A stretch of DNA of 64,000 nt, from NCBI GenBank assembly GCA_964489445.1, contig CAZAYU010000002.1:355900-419899 (forward strand), read 5' to 3'. The notes beneath the pieces are model-generated. The model saw only the letters and a program-made list of their open reading frames with translations. It ran no database searches and was not told where the DNA came from. The position numbers were made by a program, and so were the translations under genes. The stretch is from an uncultured Planctomycetia bacterium (GTDB lineage Bacteria; Omnitrophota; Gorgyraeia; Duberdicusellales; 4484-171). Shown piece after piece: positions 1 to 10,223 of the stretch; position 1 is the first letter of the stretch, and every line of letters begins with the position of its first letter.

Positions 1-9
1 TAATTGGCA

Positions 10-129
10 ATGAAAAGAATAAAAAGAATAATACTAATTAGTTTTCTTTTAGGTATAGCTATTGTGATGGATATCCTATTTTTTATTTGGAAAAAAATAA
101 AAGGTATTACTTTTTTTCCTGGAGCATAA
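10..129 (+). CDS. Possible 39-aa small hydrophobic peptide (MKRIKRIILISFLLGIAIVMDILFFIWKK...) ending just before the first glycosyltransferase. It may be spurious.
   Basis: Open frame from ATG at 10 to TAA at 127-129. One predicted TM helix. There is no homology signal. It is not in the ORF track because it is short. Confidence 0.15.
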   Translation: MKRIKRIILISFLLGIAIVMDILFFIWKKIKGITFFPGA

Positions 130-1314
130 ATGAAGATATTAATGGTTCATCCTCATGATTTATATTCAGATTTAGAGCCTTGGACTATCAGGATTAAAAA
201 GATTGCTATTGAATTTATTCTTAAAGGGCATCATGTTAAATTGATACATTTTCCGATAAGGAAAAGATATGACGACCCGGAGTTTATTGGTGAAAAAATA
301 AAGGTAATACCCTTAGAAAGAAGAGTAGGCCCTCATATTTTATTGCGCAATATTGGATTTTTATTAAAGCTGATAAGTTGGTGCGATGTAGTGCATTTTC
401 AAAAGTGTTTTTATTATTCTTCTCTTCCTGTGTTGATAGCCGCCTTGTTTAAAGACAAGCCTGTGCATTATGATTGGGATGATTGGGAAACAAAAATATT
501 TTATTATTCTAATCCTCACCAAGGAATAATTGGAGAATTTGTAAATATTTTTGAAAAATTAATTCCTAAAATCGTTGATACCGTTTCTGTTTCTAGCCGG
601 TATCTGTTTGATATTTCAGTGGCAAGAGGCGTGCGTCCCGAAAATATTTTTTTTGCCCCGGTTGGCGCCGACCTTGAACAATTTAATTCTAAATCGGAAA
701 AGAAAATTAATGTAAAAAGTATCTATGATGTTAAAGGCGATATGGTGCTTTATTCGGGGCAACTTCACGGAGGGCAATATGTAGAACTACTTATTAATGC
801 TGCTAAGATAGTTGTAGAAAATAATCCTGATATAGTTTTTATGATTGTTGGTGATGGATATAGGATGAAGGAGTTACAGAATTTAGTGTGTAGATTAGGG
901 TTAATAAGGAATTTTATTTTTACGGGGATAGTTGAGCATGGCCGGATACAGGATTATATTATTGATGCTGATATCTGTGTAGCTTGTTTTGAAGATAACG
1001 AAATTACCAGATGCAAGAGTCCATTAAAAGTAGTGGAGTATCTAGCTTGTGGAAAAGCAGTTGTTGCTAGCAATGTAGGAGAGATAAAAAAGATGGTCGG
1101 TGGACTTGGGGTGTTGACGCAGCCTGGTAATTCAGATTCGTTAGCCTGGGGAATTAATCTTTTGATCAATGATAAGCAATTAAGGCAGCGTCTGGCAAGG
1201 TATTCACGGGAGAGAGTACTAAAGAGATATAATTGGCCAACAACAGCAGAAAATATTCTTTCTGCTTATAAAAAATCTATTCAGAAGAGAAAAAGCAATC
1301 AAAAAACAGAGTAA
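130..1314 (+). CDS. Glycosyltransferase, family GT4 (group 1, GT-B fold)
   Basis: The C-terminal GT1/GT4 signature 'CKSPLKVVEYLACGKAVVASNVGEI' matches the E-x7-E motif. The N-terminal donor-binding half is typical of RfaG/WcaL-like enzymes. Confidence 0.8.
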   Translation: MKILMVHPHDLYSDLEPWTIRIKKIAIEFILKGHHVKLIHFPIRKRYDDPEFIGEKIKVIPLERRVGPHILLRNIGFLLKLISWCDVVHFQKCFYYSSLPVLIAALFKDKPVHYDWDDWETKIFYYSNPHQGIIGEFVNIFEKLIPKIVDTVSVSSRYLFDISVARGVRPENIFFAPVGADLEQFNSKSEKKINVKSIYDVKGDMVLYSGQLHGGQYVELLINAAKIVVENNPDIVFMIVGDGYRMKELQNLVCRLGLIRNFIFTGIVEHGRIQDYIIDADICVACFEDNEITRCKSPLKVVEYLACGKAVVASNVGEIKKMVGGLGVLTQPGNSDSLAWGINLLINDKQLRQRLARYSRERVLKRYNWPTTAENILSAYKKSIQKRKSNQKTE

Positions 1315-1390
1315 AACGAGATGTATTAATTTGGAAAATTAAATTATGGTTTTTGTTTATTTTAACGGATAAAAATAAAAGGAGGAGCGT

Positions 1391-1654
1391 ATGGAACACA
1401 ATTATGATATTTTTACTGGAGAAATTATTGCGATACACGAGACTTCTCCGTGCACGATCACTCTTAAGACTAAAGGGATGCAGCAATGGCAAGGGATACC
1501 AGTAACTATAGATCCGCGCTGTACTTTTTATAGGGGAGATAAAAAACCTAAGGGAGTAGGCATCCTTGAAGTGGGGAATATTGTAGAAGTTACGTATATA
1601 GTAAATGAAGGGGTAACAATAGCTTTTAATATTATTGTTAAACCCGAAAAATAA
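1391..1654 (+). CDS. Hypothetical small protein (87 aa)
   Basis: Strong RBS 'aaggaggagcgt' directly upstream of the ATG. There is no recognisable motif. It sits between two transferase genes. Confidence 0.45.
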   Translation: MEHNYDIFTGEIIAIHETSPCTITLKTKGMQQWQGIPVTIDPRCTFYRGDKKPKGVGILEVGNIVEVTYIVNEGVTIAFNIIVKPEK

Positions 1655-1659
1655 ACCTT

Positions 1660-3300
1660 ATGTTAACTGTAAAAATAAAAAACATAATACACTTTTTTAA
1701 AGAGAAAGGTCAAGCATTTTTCCTGTTACTTTTGTGTTTTTATTCAGTAATATTGCATTTTTTTTGGCTTAGGTTAGACAGAACTCCTCCGTGGGGGAAT
1801 GGCATTCCTAGTATCTTAAGAGGGATATATTTTTTTCAAATGCAGGGTGAATGGAGCTTTTGGGAATTTATTAAGGAAATGTCTATTGGATATAATATTA
1901 AGCAAATGTCTATCGGACTTGATTCTACCTACCCACCATTAGTAGATTTTAGTTATTTTGTTTATTATAAATTATTTGGACTTTCCTCAGAAATGGACTT
2001 AATGGTAAATTCAATATATTTAATTATAGGGATAGTAGGGGTGTATGGAATTGGAAAAAATCTTTTTAATAAAAATACAGGGTTATTCTCAGCTCTGATA
2101 TTTGCCTCGTTTCCAGGAGTTTTACTATGTAGCAAATCAGGATTTAAAGAATTTCAGGTGATGTGTTTTATTGCCTTGGCGATATATTTTCTTTTAGAGT
2201 CAAGAAATTTCACAAATAGAAAATTTTCTCTTCTATTCGGTATTTCCGCGGGTTTAATGATGATGGTTAAATATGAGGCAATTATTTTTTTAATAGTTCC
2301 CTTGACTATTGTTTTTGCAAGGATTGTAGTTAACAAAAACATTCTTAAAAACAATGCCTTACCTTGGATTATTAATCTTATGCTAAGCTTAATTATTGTA
2401 ATTTTGATTGGTTTCCCATGGTATATATTAAGTTGGCGAAATTTTTTAGAACATATGCTTTACCGTGCTGATTCTGCAGGCATGGGGGATATTTATTTTT
2501 CAACAAAGGAGCTAACTTATTACTTTCATACTCTGGATTCTGAATTGTTAACTGTAACCTATGGAGTTTTATTCCTTGCCATATATGTATATAGCTTGCT
2601 CAAAATGTTAAACCCAAAGACTATGACGATTGGTATTAAGCGAATAGTACTACTCTGTTTTTATTTTACATTCCCATTCTTGTTTTTTAGTTTTTTATCC
2701 GGAAAGAGTTTTGCGCATATATGTCCATTGTTGGTATTTGCAAGTGTTATTATAGCCGGAGGGATCAGTATCATAAGAAATAGGTTTGTTAGGTTTATCT
2801 TTATTTGCCTAATATTTTTTCACGCTATAAGTCTCCCACTTATGTGGTTGTCAACAGCCGTTAAAGATAATTGGAATTTTAAGCTTAAAGAAATTATTCA
2901 ATTTATAAAAGAAGATTACTATGGCCCAAATCTCAAAGATTATAGTGGGACCAAGAAACCTTTCGTTCTTGTATTAGTAAACGATGGACCCCTTAGGTAT
3001 CACCAAATACAATATTATAATATGAAGGAATATTTACCTATAGAATTGGTTGAACGGTATGGTGAAAACGTAAAACCAGAGGAAGATATTTTTGGAAGTA
3101 AATATGAGTATATTCTTTCAGAAATTCCAACTAACTTTATACATCCAAAAGAAGACGACAGCATAAAAGAGCTTCTCAAGTTTATCGACGACAATACAGA
3201 AAGATTTTTTAAAAATTATGTAGTAGCATGCGAAATTGAAGTACCGAGGTCCTCAAAGGTAATTATTTACAAAAGAGTAAACGATGATGTTAATAAATAA
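1660..3300 (+). CDS. GT-C fold membrane glycosyltransferase (ArnT/PMT_2-like, polyprenyl-phosphate-sugar dependent), paralog 1
   Basis: Multi-TM N-terminal half with block 'YPPLVDFSYFVYYKLFGLSSEMDLMVNSIYLIIGIVGVYGIGKNLFNKNTGLFSALIFASFPG'. The block is clearly paralogous to the ORFs at 11471 and 20214. The C-terminal half is a soluble domain. Confidence 0.7.
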   Translation: MLTVKIKNIIHFFKEKGQAFFLLLLCFYSVILHFFWLRLDRTPPWGNGIPSILRGIYFFQMQGEWSFWEFIKEMSIGYNIKQMSIGLDSTYPPLVDFSYFVYYKLFGLSSEMDLMVNSIYLIIGIVGVYGIGKNLFNKNTGLFSALIFASFPGVLLCSKSGFKEFQVMCFIALAIYFLLESRNFTNRKFSLLFGISAGLMMMVKYEAIIFLIVPLTIVFARIVVNKNILKNNALPWIINLMLSLIIVILIGFPWYILSWRNFLEHMLYRADSAGMGDIYFSTKELTYYFHTLDSELLTVTYGVLFLAIYVYSLLKMLNPKTMTIGIKRIVLLCFYFTFPFLFFSFLSGKSFAHICPLLVFASVIIAGGISIIRNRFVRFIFICLIFFHAISLPLMWLSTAVKDNWNFKLKEIIQFIKEDYYGPNLKDYSGTKKPFVLVLVNDGPLRYHQIQYYNMKEYLPIELVERYGENVKPEEDIFGSKYEYILSEIPTNFIHPKEDDSIKELLKFIDDNTERFFKNYVVACEIEVPRSSKVIIYKRVNDDVNK

Positions 3301-3312
3301 GTCTATTTTAAA

Positions 3313-4374
3313 ATGAAAATACTTTCTGTAGTCGGTACAAGGCCTAATTTTATTAAAGAATATGCAATGGACATGGCTTGTCGGAAGATGGGCGTAAAGA
3401 AGATCCTTGTTCACACAGGACAACATTATGATTTTGAAATGTCGGAAACGTTCTTTAAAGAATTATCATTGCCTAAGCCAAAATACATTAATGTAATGAA
3501 AAAGGAGAGTCATGGCAAGGAAACCGCTTGCATGTTATCTTTTTTAGAGGAGGTGCTCATAAAAGAAAGGCCTGATGTGACATTGATATATGGTGATGTA
3601 AATTCGACGTTAGCAGCAGCTCTGGCATCAGTGAAACTAAGGATACCCACAGCACATGTAGAAGCAGGAATTCGGTCATGCGATAGGTATAATCCTGAAG
3701 AAATTAATCGGACGGTTGCTGATTGTGTATCAGATGTTCTATTTGCCGCTACTCAAGAGGACTATGAATCTTTGCTAGAAGAAGGGTATTCAAAAAAAGA
3801 TATATTCTTAGTCGGTGATATAGTAAAAGACAGTCTAAAGACCATAATTAAAAAATATAGTATAAAAATCAGTCGGGGAAATTATCATCTAGCTACGGTG
3901 CACAGGATGGAAAATGTTACCTCTGGCATTAGACTTAAAAACATTGTTGAGGCGTTTATAGAATCAGAGAGGCATATAAAATTTCCATTGCATCCAGGAA
4001 CTAAGAAGTACTTAAAGAAGTATAATCTTTTTAAAAAACTTAAGGAAAACAATAATATAGAGCTGCTTCCCGCATTAGGATATACAGAATTTATTAAACT
4101 TTTGGCAGGCGCAGATAAGGTGTTAACTGATTCTGGAGGGGTAAGAAGAGAGGCCTATCTTTTAAAAAAACCCATTATTTCTTTAATTAATATTGTGTGG
4201 TTCCCTTCTTTAGTGAATTGTGGATGGAAATATGTTGCTGATGCACAAAAAAGTAAAATAGTTGATGCCATTTACAATTTTAGACCGAACTTGTTACATC
4301 CTAATATATTCGGTAATGGTCAGGCTGCCATGAAAATATTGTCTATTTTAAAAAAACGCTATGGGAGATATTAA
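3313..4374 (+). CDS. wecB: UDP-N-acetylglucosamine 2-epimerase (non-hydrolysing), WecB/MnaA family
   Basis: Family motifs 'VVGTRPNFIK', 'HTGQHYD' and 'HVEAGIRS' are present. Length of 353 aa fits. Confidence 0.8.
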   Translation: MKILSVVGTRPNFIKEYAMDMACRKMGVKKILVHTGQHYDFEMSETFFKELSLPKPKYINVMKKESHGKETACMLSFLEEVLIKERPDVTLIYGDVNSTLAAALASVKLRIPTAHVEAGIRSCDRYNPEEINRTVADCVSDVLFAATQEDYESLLEEGYSKKDIFLVGDIVKDSLKTIIKKYSIKISRGNYHLATVHRMENVTSGIRLKNIVEAFIESERHIKFPLHPGTKKYLKKYNLFKKLKENNNIELLPALGYTEFIKLLAGADKVLTDSGGVRREAYLLKKPIISLINIVWFPSLVNCGWKYVADAQKSKIVDAIYNFRPNLLHPNIFGNGQAAMKILSILKKRYGRY

Positions 4375-5095
4375 GAAAAAAATATCCATCGTGATACCTT
4401 GCTATAATGAAGAAGAATCATTAGATATATTATTCTTAAAGCTTGCAGATGTAGAGAGAATTATTAAATCTAAATATGATTTAGAGATTATTTTTATTAA
4501 TGATGGAAGCATTGATGATACTCATGAGAAATTAGCCAAGAGATATGATGGTAGGAATGATATAAGTATAGTGACTTATGAGAAGAACCATGGATATGGA
4601 TATGCGTTGAAAAAAGGGTTTAAAAAAGCTAGCGGGGATTTTGTGATTTCTATAGATGCAGACACTAATTATGAGCATAGGGAAATACCAGATATCTTGG
4701 TAAAGATGGAAAATAGCCCTGATATCGACATAGTTATAGCATCGCCTTTTTCTCAGAACGGAAAATGGCGCTATTCTGGATTTCGATTTATTTTTAGTCG
4801 ATCATTATCTGGAATTTATGGTCTGGTTCTTCAAGGTAAAAAAAGTGGTATTAGTACGTACACTTCCTGTTTTAGGGTTTATCGTAAAGATGTTTTGTTT
4901 GGTATTTTTCCTGAGTCAGATGACTTTGTGGCTAACGCAGAGATAATTATACGGGCAATATTTAAGGGTTACAGAATAGAGGAATATGCGACACAAGTTT
5001 GTAAGCGAGAATTTGGTAAATCAAAGATGAAGATAGTTAAAACAATAGTAAGCCATATAAAGTTTATTTGGAAGATCCTTAAGAAAGGGGTTTAA
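4361..5095 (+). CDS. GT2 polyprenyl-phosphate glycosyltransferase (ArnC/DPM1/GtrB-like)
   Basis: N-terminal 'ISIVIPCYNEEESL' and 'FINDGSIDDT', with a DxD-type 'SIDADT'. It overlaps the upstream stop by 14 nt. Confidence 0.75.
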   Translation: MGDIKKKISIVIPCYNEEESLDILFLKLADVERIIKSKYDLEIIFINDGSIDDTHEKLAKRYDGRNDISIVTYEKNHGYGYALKKGFKKASGDFVISIDADTNYEHREIPDILVKMENSPDIDIVIASPFSQNGKWRYSGFRFIFSRSLSGIYGLVLQGKKSGISTYTSCFRVYRKDVLFGIFPESDDFVANAEIIIRAIFKGYRIEEYATQVCKREFGKSKMKIVKTIVSHIKFIWKILKKGV

Positions 5096-6963
5096 TGTGT
5101 GGAATCTGTGGTATCTACAATCTAGACAAGAGACCTGTTAAAAAAAGCTCCATTCTAAGTATGCGCGATATAATGTCTTATCGCGGGCCAGATGATAAGG
5201 GAGTAATCATTTGCGATGGGTTGGGACTGGGCCATAGGCGTCTTTCGATAATTGATCTCTCGTCTGCTGCACACCAACCGTTTTCTAATGAATATCATAA
5301 TTTATGGCTTGTTTTTAATGGTTGTATTTATAATTACAAAGAGCTGCGTCATGAATTAGAATTAACAGGCAGGCATTGTTTTAAATCTAATTCTGATACA
5401 GAGGTAATTATTCATGCGTACGAAGAATGGGCTGAAGGGTGTCTAAAAAAGTTTGTTGGAATGTTTGCTTTCGCTATCTACGATACTAAGCTAAAAAGAC
5501 TTTTTCTTGCAAGAGATCCTTTTGGGATCAAACCTCTTTATTATTCTAAAATTGGCAATAGTTTTGTCTTTGCTTCAGAGATTAAATCAATCATGCAATA
5601 CAGAAAAGATAAAGCAGTAGATCTAGAGGCCGTTTCTGATTATTTGACATTTCAGTATATACTGGGAGACAAAACATTTTTTAAAAGTGTAAAGAAACTT
5701 TTGCCCGGTCATTTTATGTTTATAGTTGAGGATGGTTTAAAAATTAAAAAATACTGGGATGTAACATTTAATGTAGATTTTAAAAAATCGCCTCAGGATT
5801 TTAAAAAAGAACTTCTTTTTTTACTAGAAGATTCCGTTCGCTTACAAACAAGGAGTGATGTACCTTTAGGTGCGCATTTGACTGGTGGCATTGATACAGC
5901 TTCTATACTTTGCTTAGCGACAAGGTTTGTAGATTGTCCGATTAAAACCTTTATGGCTGGTTTTAAAGAAGGAGGGGTGTACGATGATACTTCATGGGGA
6001 AGAATAACCTCAAAATTTGCAAATACAGAACATTTCGAGATATTTCCTTCTTCCGATGATTTTAAAACATATTTTTCAACTATTATATGGCATCTTGATG
6101 AACCCATTGCTGCACCGGGTATATTTGGCCAATATATGGTATCCAAATTAGCCAGCCAAAATGTTAAGGTTGTCCTTGGGGGCCAGGGCGCAGATGAAAT
6201 GATAGGAGGGTATGCAAGGTATTATCTTTTATACATTGATAGGCTGTTGCAGAAAGATATTGCAGAAAATTCCGAGATTTTAGGTTTAAGCAAATTACAT
6301 AATTTTGGTCAACTTAAAAACTACAAGTTGCTAGAAACTGATTTTTTGCAGGATCAAAATGGTAGCTCGATTGATGAAAGATATTTTAAATTAATTAAAA
6401 GATGCGGTGATTTAGGTTCAATGCTCACTCCTCAAATTACAAAAGAATTGAATGGCTATTCATCATTTTTTGCTTTTAAACAAATATTTAATAAAAATAA
6501 TAACATAGAGCTTTTGGACAAGGTTTTATATTATGAGATAAAAACATGGTTGCCAGCTTTATTACAGGTAGAAGATAGAATGAGTATGGCATTTTCCTTA
6601 GAATCTCGAATCCCATTTCTGGATTGCAGGATAGCCAATCTTTTATTTAGCATGCCTGTGGGCATAAAATTTAAAGGTGGTAGGCTGAAACACATATTAA
6701 GAGAAGCAACAAAGGGCATAATTCCAGAAAGGATTAGGTGCAGGAACGACAAAATTGGTTTTCCAGTGCCAACAACGCAGTGGTTTAAAGGTCCTTTAAA
6801 TGGCTTCGTTAAAGATCTCTTGTTGTCAAAGAAGAGCAGAAACAGAGGAATTTTTAAACAGGGATTAGTTGAAAAAGCAATTAACAACAATTCAGAGTTT
6901 AGCAGGGAACTCTGGGGGTTAATATGCCTTGAGACATGGTTTAGGGTGATGGTAGATAATTAG
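5095..6963 (+). CDS. Asparagine synthase (glutamine-hydrolysing)-like amidotransferase (AsnB/WbpS-like)
   Basis: Begins 'MCGICGIY' (Ntn Cys2 glutaminase). A C-terminal AsnB synthetase-domain PP-loop region follows (the 'LTGGIDTASILCLAT' match is suggestive rather than exact). 622 aa. Confidence 0.85.
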   Translation: MCGICGIYNLDKRPVKKSSILSMRDIMSYRGPDDKGVIICDGLGLGHRRLSIIDLSSAAHQPFSNEYHNLWLVFNGCIYNYKELRHELELTGRHCFKSNSDTEVIIHAYEEWAEGCLKKFVGMFAFAIYDTKLKRLFLARDPFGIKPLYYSKIGNSFVFASEIKSIMQYRKDKAVDLEAVSDYLTFQYILGDKTFFKSVKKLLPGHFMFIVEDGLKIKKYWDVTFNVDFKKSPQDFKKELLFLLEDSVRLQTRSDVPLGAHLTGGIDTASILCLATRFVDCPIKTFMAGFKEGGVYDDTSWGRITSKFANTEHFEIFPSSDDFKTYFSTIIWHLDEPIAAPGIFGQYMVSKLASQNVKVVLGGQGADEMIGGYARYYLLYIDRLLQKDIAENSEILGLSKLHNFGQLKNYKLLETDFLQDQNGSSIDERYFKLIKRCGDLGSMLTPQITKELNGYSSFFAFKQIFNKNNNIELLDKVLYYEIKTWLPALLQVEDRMSMAFSLESRIPFLDCRIANLLFSMPVGIKFKGGRLKHILREATKGIIPERIRCRNDKIGFPVPTTQWFKGPLNGFVKDLLLSKKSRNRGIFKQGLVEKAINNNSEFSRELWGLICLETWFRVMVDN

Positions 6964-7100
6964 AGGAATTCGTGAAGTAAAAAGCTATTTAAAAAAATGA
7001 TATGTCATTATGTATACATAGAAAAAGAAAGAACGGATGAGGTTAAAATATATAAATAAAAGTATACAAGAACATAGTATAGACAGAGAAGGTTATTTTA

Positions 7101-8795
7101 ATGGGTGATGGAAGGGATAGTTATAAGGTAGTTATTTTTAATAGCGTTCCTAGGCTGTTAACTTTGCTTGATCGAGATTCCAGTTCCCAAACCTATGGTT
7201 CATTTGACCGACAGCATTGGGCTTGGGCAAACAAGGACTTTGTCAATGCAGATTTTCAGCGAGGCGTATATATTTTAGCTATACTTTTTACTGAGCGCTT
7301 TTCAGGGAATACATATTATAACAATAAAAATATCCTAAAATGGATATTTGCTGGATTTGACTATTGGGTTAAGATTCAGCATAAGAATGGTTCTTTTGAT
7401 CAATGGTATCCATGGGAGAATAGCGTAGGCACTACAGGGTTTACTCTTTGTGCGTTAGGTGAAGCCTTTTTACTTATTCAAGAAAATATTCCAGGTAAAC
7501 AAAAAAAACGTTTATTAGCAGCATTTGATAAAGCTGCCAATTTTATTTGTCGATACAGAGAAACACACGGGCTTATTTCTAATCATCTGGCAGGAATGGC
7601 CCTCGCCTTATTAAATGCCTCAAATATCTTAAGTAATCATAAATATTTAGAACAAAGCAACAAGCTGTTACAACGGATATTTGAAGGTCAGTCTGCCGAA
7701 GGTTGGTACAGTGAATATGATGGTGCTGATCCAGGGTATGAGACATTAGGTATAGCTTATCTAGCCAAATATTGGAAGAAGACTCAAGATCCGCAATTAT
7801 TTCTAAGCTTAAAAAGATCCATAGATTACCTGGTTTATTTTGTCCATCCAGATGGGACTTTAGGCGGTGAATACGGAAGCCGAAACACCGAGTTATACTA
7901 TCCATCTGGCATGGAGATCTTGAAGACTGTCCTACCTCAGGCAGGATACATTGCGAACAAGATGATAATCGGAATAAAACAAGGCTACACGTTATCGCCG
8001 TTAACTATTGATGACTTCAATTTTGTGCCACTATTGTCGAGCTATCTCGATGCTTATAAAAATTTAGAACCTGAAATGACAGAGAATATAAATGGAGTAG
8101 AATTGGATAATTTTAAATATTTTGATAAATCTAAAATAGCAGTCTGGACTACTGATAAGATAAAGCTTATTATAGGACTTGTCAAAGGCGGCGTAATACG
8201 GTGTTATGGAAATGACGGCACTTTATTATATTCCGATTGCGGCTACATAGCTTATTTGAGAAATGGATCTAAAATAAGTTCTCAATTTTTAGACTATAAT
8301 GATAATTGCCAAGTCAGTGAAGCTAACTGTTGTTTGGAAAGATATTTCTCTTATGTGCCAGAGCATCAAATGACTCCCGTGTTTTATCTGTTACTTAGGA
8401 TTTTTTCACTAACAGTAGGTAGGTGTAGTAGGGTAGGTAATTGGGCCAAGAATTTGTTAGTAGGTAGGCTTATCAGATATAAGAAGATGTCCTCGTTAAA
8501 GATTATACGTTCAGTCCAGATTTCTAAAGAGAAGTTACTTATAAAGGATTATCTAAAAATAGAGGGAAAGATCAAAGTAAAAGAATTGATAAGGAAAAGC
8601 AAATTTAGTACAATCTTTATGGGCTCCGCAAGATATTTTAATCCTCAGGAATTGTATCAAGAAGATAAGCAGATAGATAATCAGCAAATAAAACAACTCA
8701 ATAATCAAGGTTTTCTTGAATTAGCCAAGGAGGTTCCATTAACAAGTGGATATACTAAAATATTTATAGAACATACGAGATTAAGTAAGTTTTAA
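7101..8795 (+). CDS. Hypothetical 564-aa protein, possibly an (alpha/alpha)-toroid heparinase II/III-like enzyme
   Basis: No unambiguous motif. The basis is gene-order recollection: a position after an AsnB-like gene in polysaccharide loci is often occupied by a heparinase II/III-family protein. Blocks 'HWAWANKDF' and 'WYPWENSVGTTGF' are noted. Confidence 0.4.
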   Translation: MGDGRDSYKVVIFNSVPRLLTLLDRDSSSQTYGSFDRQHWAWANKDFVNADFQRGVYILAILFTERFSGNTYYNNKNILKWIFAGFDYWVKIQHKNGSFDQWYPWENSVGTTGFTLCALGEAFLLIQENIPGKQKKRLLAAFDKAANFICRYRETHGLISNHLAGMALALLNASNILSNHKYLEQSNKLLQRIFEGQSAEGWYSEYDGADPGYETLGIAYLAKYWKKTQDPQLFLSLKRSIDYLVYFVHPDGTLGGEYGSRNTELYYPSGMEILKTVLPQAGYIANKMIIGIKQGYTLSPLTIDDFNFVPLLSSYLDAYKNLEPEMTENINGVELDNFKYFDKSKIAVWTTDKIKLIIGLVKGGVIRCYGNDGTLLYSDCGYIAYLRNGSKISSQFLDYNDNCQVSEANCCLERYFSYVPEHQMTPVFYLLLRIFSLTVGRCSRVGNWAKNLLVGRLIRYKKMSSLKIIRSVQISKEKLLIKDYLKIEGKIKVKELIRKSKFSTIFMGSARYFNPQELYQEDKQIDNQQIKQLNNQGFLELAKEVPLTSGYTKIFIEHTRLSKF

Positions 8796-8804
8796 TAAAA
8801 AAAG

Positions 8805-10223
8805 ATGAAAGTGCTACTTATAAAAACACCATACCTGAATATTTACGGAAGCCTTAAGGATGCAGCCAGGGGTTATTTTCCAATGGGCTTGGGTTACATT
8901 GCCTCTGTTTTAAAAAATTCAGGGTTTGAGGTAATGATGCTTGATCCAGAAGCAAATTTAATGAGTGAAAATGCTATTCGAGCTGTGATAAAAAGTTTTT
9001 CACCAAGTGTCATCGGGATAAGTTGTAGTACGCCAAATATTTACGAGGCCAGGGATTTAGCTAAGATAGTGCGACAAGAGTCTTCTGCAACTATTGTCTT
9101 AGGAGGGGCACATGCTTCAAGCCTTCCTGTACTCACCCTGAAGCAGTTTTCTGATTTTGATCTTGTGGTTTATGGAGAGGGTGAGTTGACCATGCTGGAG
9201 CTCTGTCAAACATTAAAGGCAGGCAAGCAGCAGATGCATAAGATCAAAGGCATAGCCTATAGAGCCAATGGAGGTATTTTAGTTAACGAAGCTAGACCTT
9301 GGATAAGCGATCTGGATCAATTGTCATTTCCGGAGAGAAGTCTTTTGGACATATCCCTTTACAGACCGCAAACCAATATGGAAAGAGGCAAAAAGAGTGC
9401 AGTAATTATTACTTCCAGAGGTTGTCCCTTTAAATGTACGTTTTGCGCTTCATATCATACAGCTGGAAGAATTTTTAGGTCGCATAGCCCACAATATGTA
9501 ATTTCGGAAATGGAATATTTGATTAAAAATTATGGTATAGAATATTTTTTAATCCAGGATGATGAATTTACTATAGATCCTCAGAGGACGAGAAAGATTT
9601 GTCAGATGATTATTGAAAGGAAGCTAAGAATTGAATGGTGGTGTCATTCCAGAGTCGATACAGTTACAGAAGAGCTTTTGTCGTTGATGAGAAAGGCAGG
9701 GTGTGTCCATATTTCTTATGGAGTAGAATCAGGCAATGAAACTATTTTAAAGAGTTACAGAAAAGGAATTAGCTTGGAGCAATCCAGATGTACGCTTAAA
9801 ATTAGTAATCGCCTCGGTCTTAAAACTCATTGCTTTTTTATCTTGGGTCACATAAATGAGACCAAGCAGACAATCAAGGAAACTATAAGGTTTGCTATTG
9901 AGCTTGCGCCCACGATGAGTTCATTTGCCATGCTGGTTCCTTACCCTGGGACAGAAGAATTTGAAAAAGCTAAATTGGACCTCAGAGATATAAATATTTG
10001 GAAAAATTTTGTAACTATTAGCGGAGTACCTATAATTTCTTCTAACGGTCTTTCAAGGAAAATGCTTCAGGCTCATCTTGCTAAGGCGTACATATATTTT
10101 TATCTACGGCCAATTCAATTGATGAGAATATTAAAGAATTTAAGCTCTTTTGAAGAACTTAAGGCTTATATCAGGGGTGGTTTTGCATTACTACATCAAA
10201 TAGTTAATTGGATAAAGGGGTAA
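8805..10223 (+). CDS. Cobalamin-binding (class B) radical SAM enzyme, paralog 1
   Basis: N-terminal B12-binding-like Rossmann region ('MKVLLIKTPY...GLGYIASVLKNSGFEV'). Radical SAM cluster motif 'SRGCPFKCTFCAS' (CX3CX2C). Confidence 0.85.
   Translation: MKVLLIKTPYLNIYGSLKDAARGYFPMGLGYIASVLKNSGFEVMMLDPEANLMSENAIRAVIKSFSPSVIGISCSTPNIYEARDLAKIVRQESSATIVLGGAHASSLPVLTLKQFSDFDLVVYGEGELTMLELCQTLKAGKQQMHKIKGIAYRANGGILVNEARPWISDLDQLSFPERSLLDISLYRPQTNMERGKKSAVIITSRGCPFKCTFCASYHTAGRIFRSHSPQYVISEMEYLIKNYGIEYFLIQDDEFTIDPQRTRKICQMIIERKLRIEWWCHSRVDTVTEELLSLMRKAGCVHISYGVESGNETILKSYRKGISLEQSRCTLKISNRLGLKTHCFFILGHINETKQTIKETIRFAIELAPTMSSFAMLVPYPGTEEFEKAKLDLRDINIWKNFVTISGVPIISSNGLSRKMLQAHLAKAYIYFYLRPIQLMRILKNLSSFEELKAYIRGGFALLHQIVNWIKG

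Noticed and set aside
954-1169. Antisense ORFs in the six-frame track. Examples are 954-1169(-), 2154-2354(-), 5793-6146(-), 6531-6890(-), 7579-7905(-), 16391-16645(-), 32088-32485(-), 38354-38575(-), 51495-51926(-) and 60504-60824(-).
   Set aside because: Each lies entirely inside a well-supported, motif-bearing gene on the opposite strand. None has an RBS or recognisable motifs. Such ORFs are expected by chance in AT-rich coding DNA.
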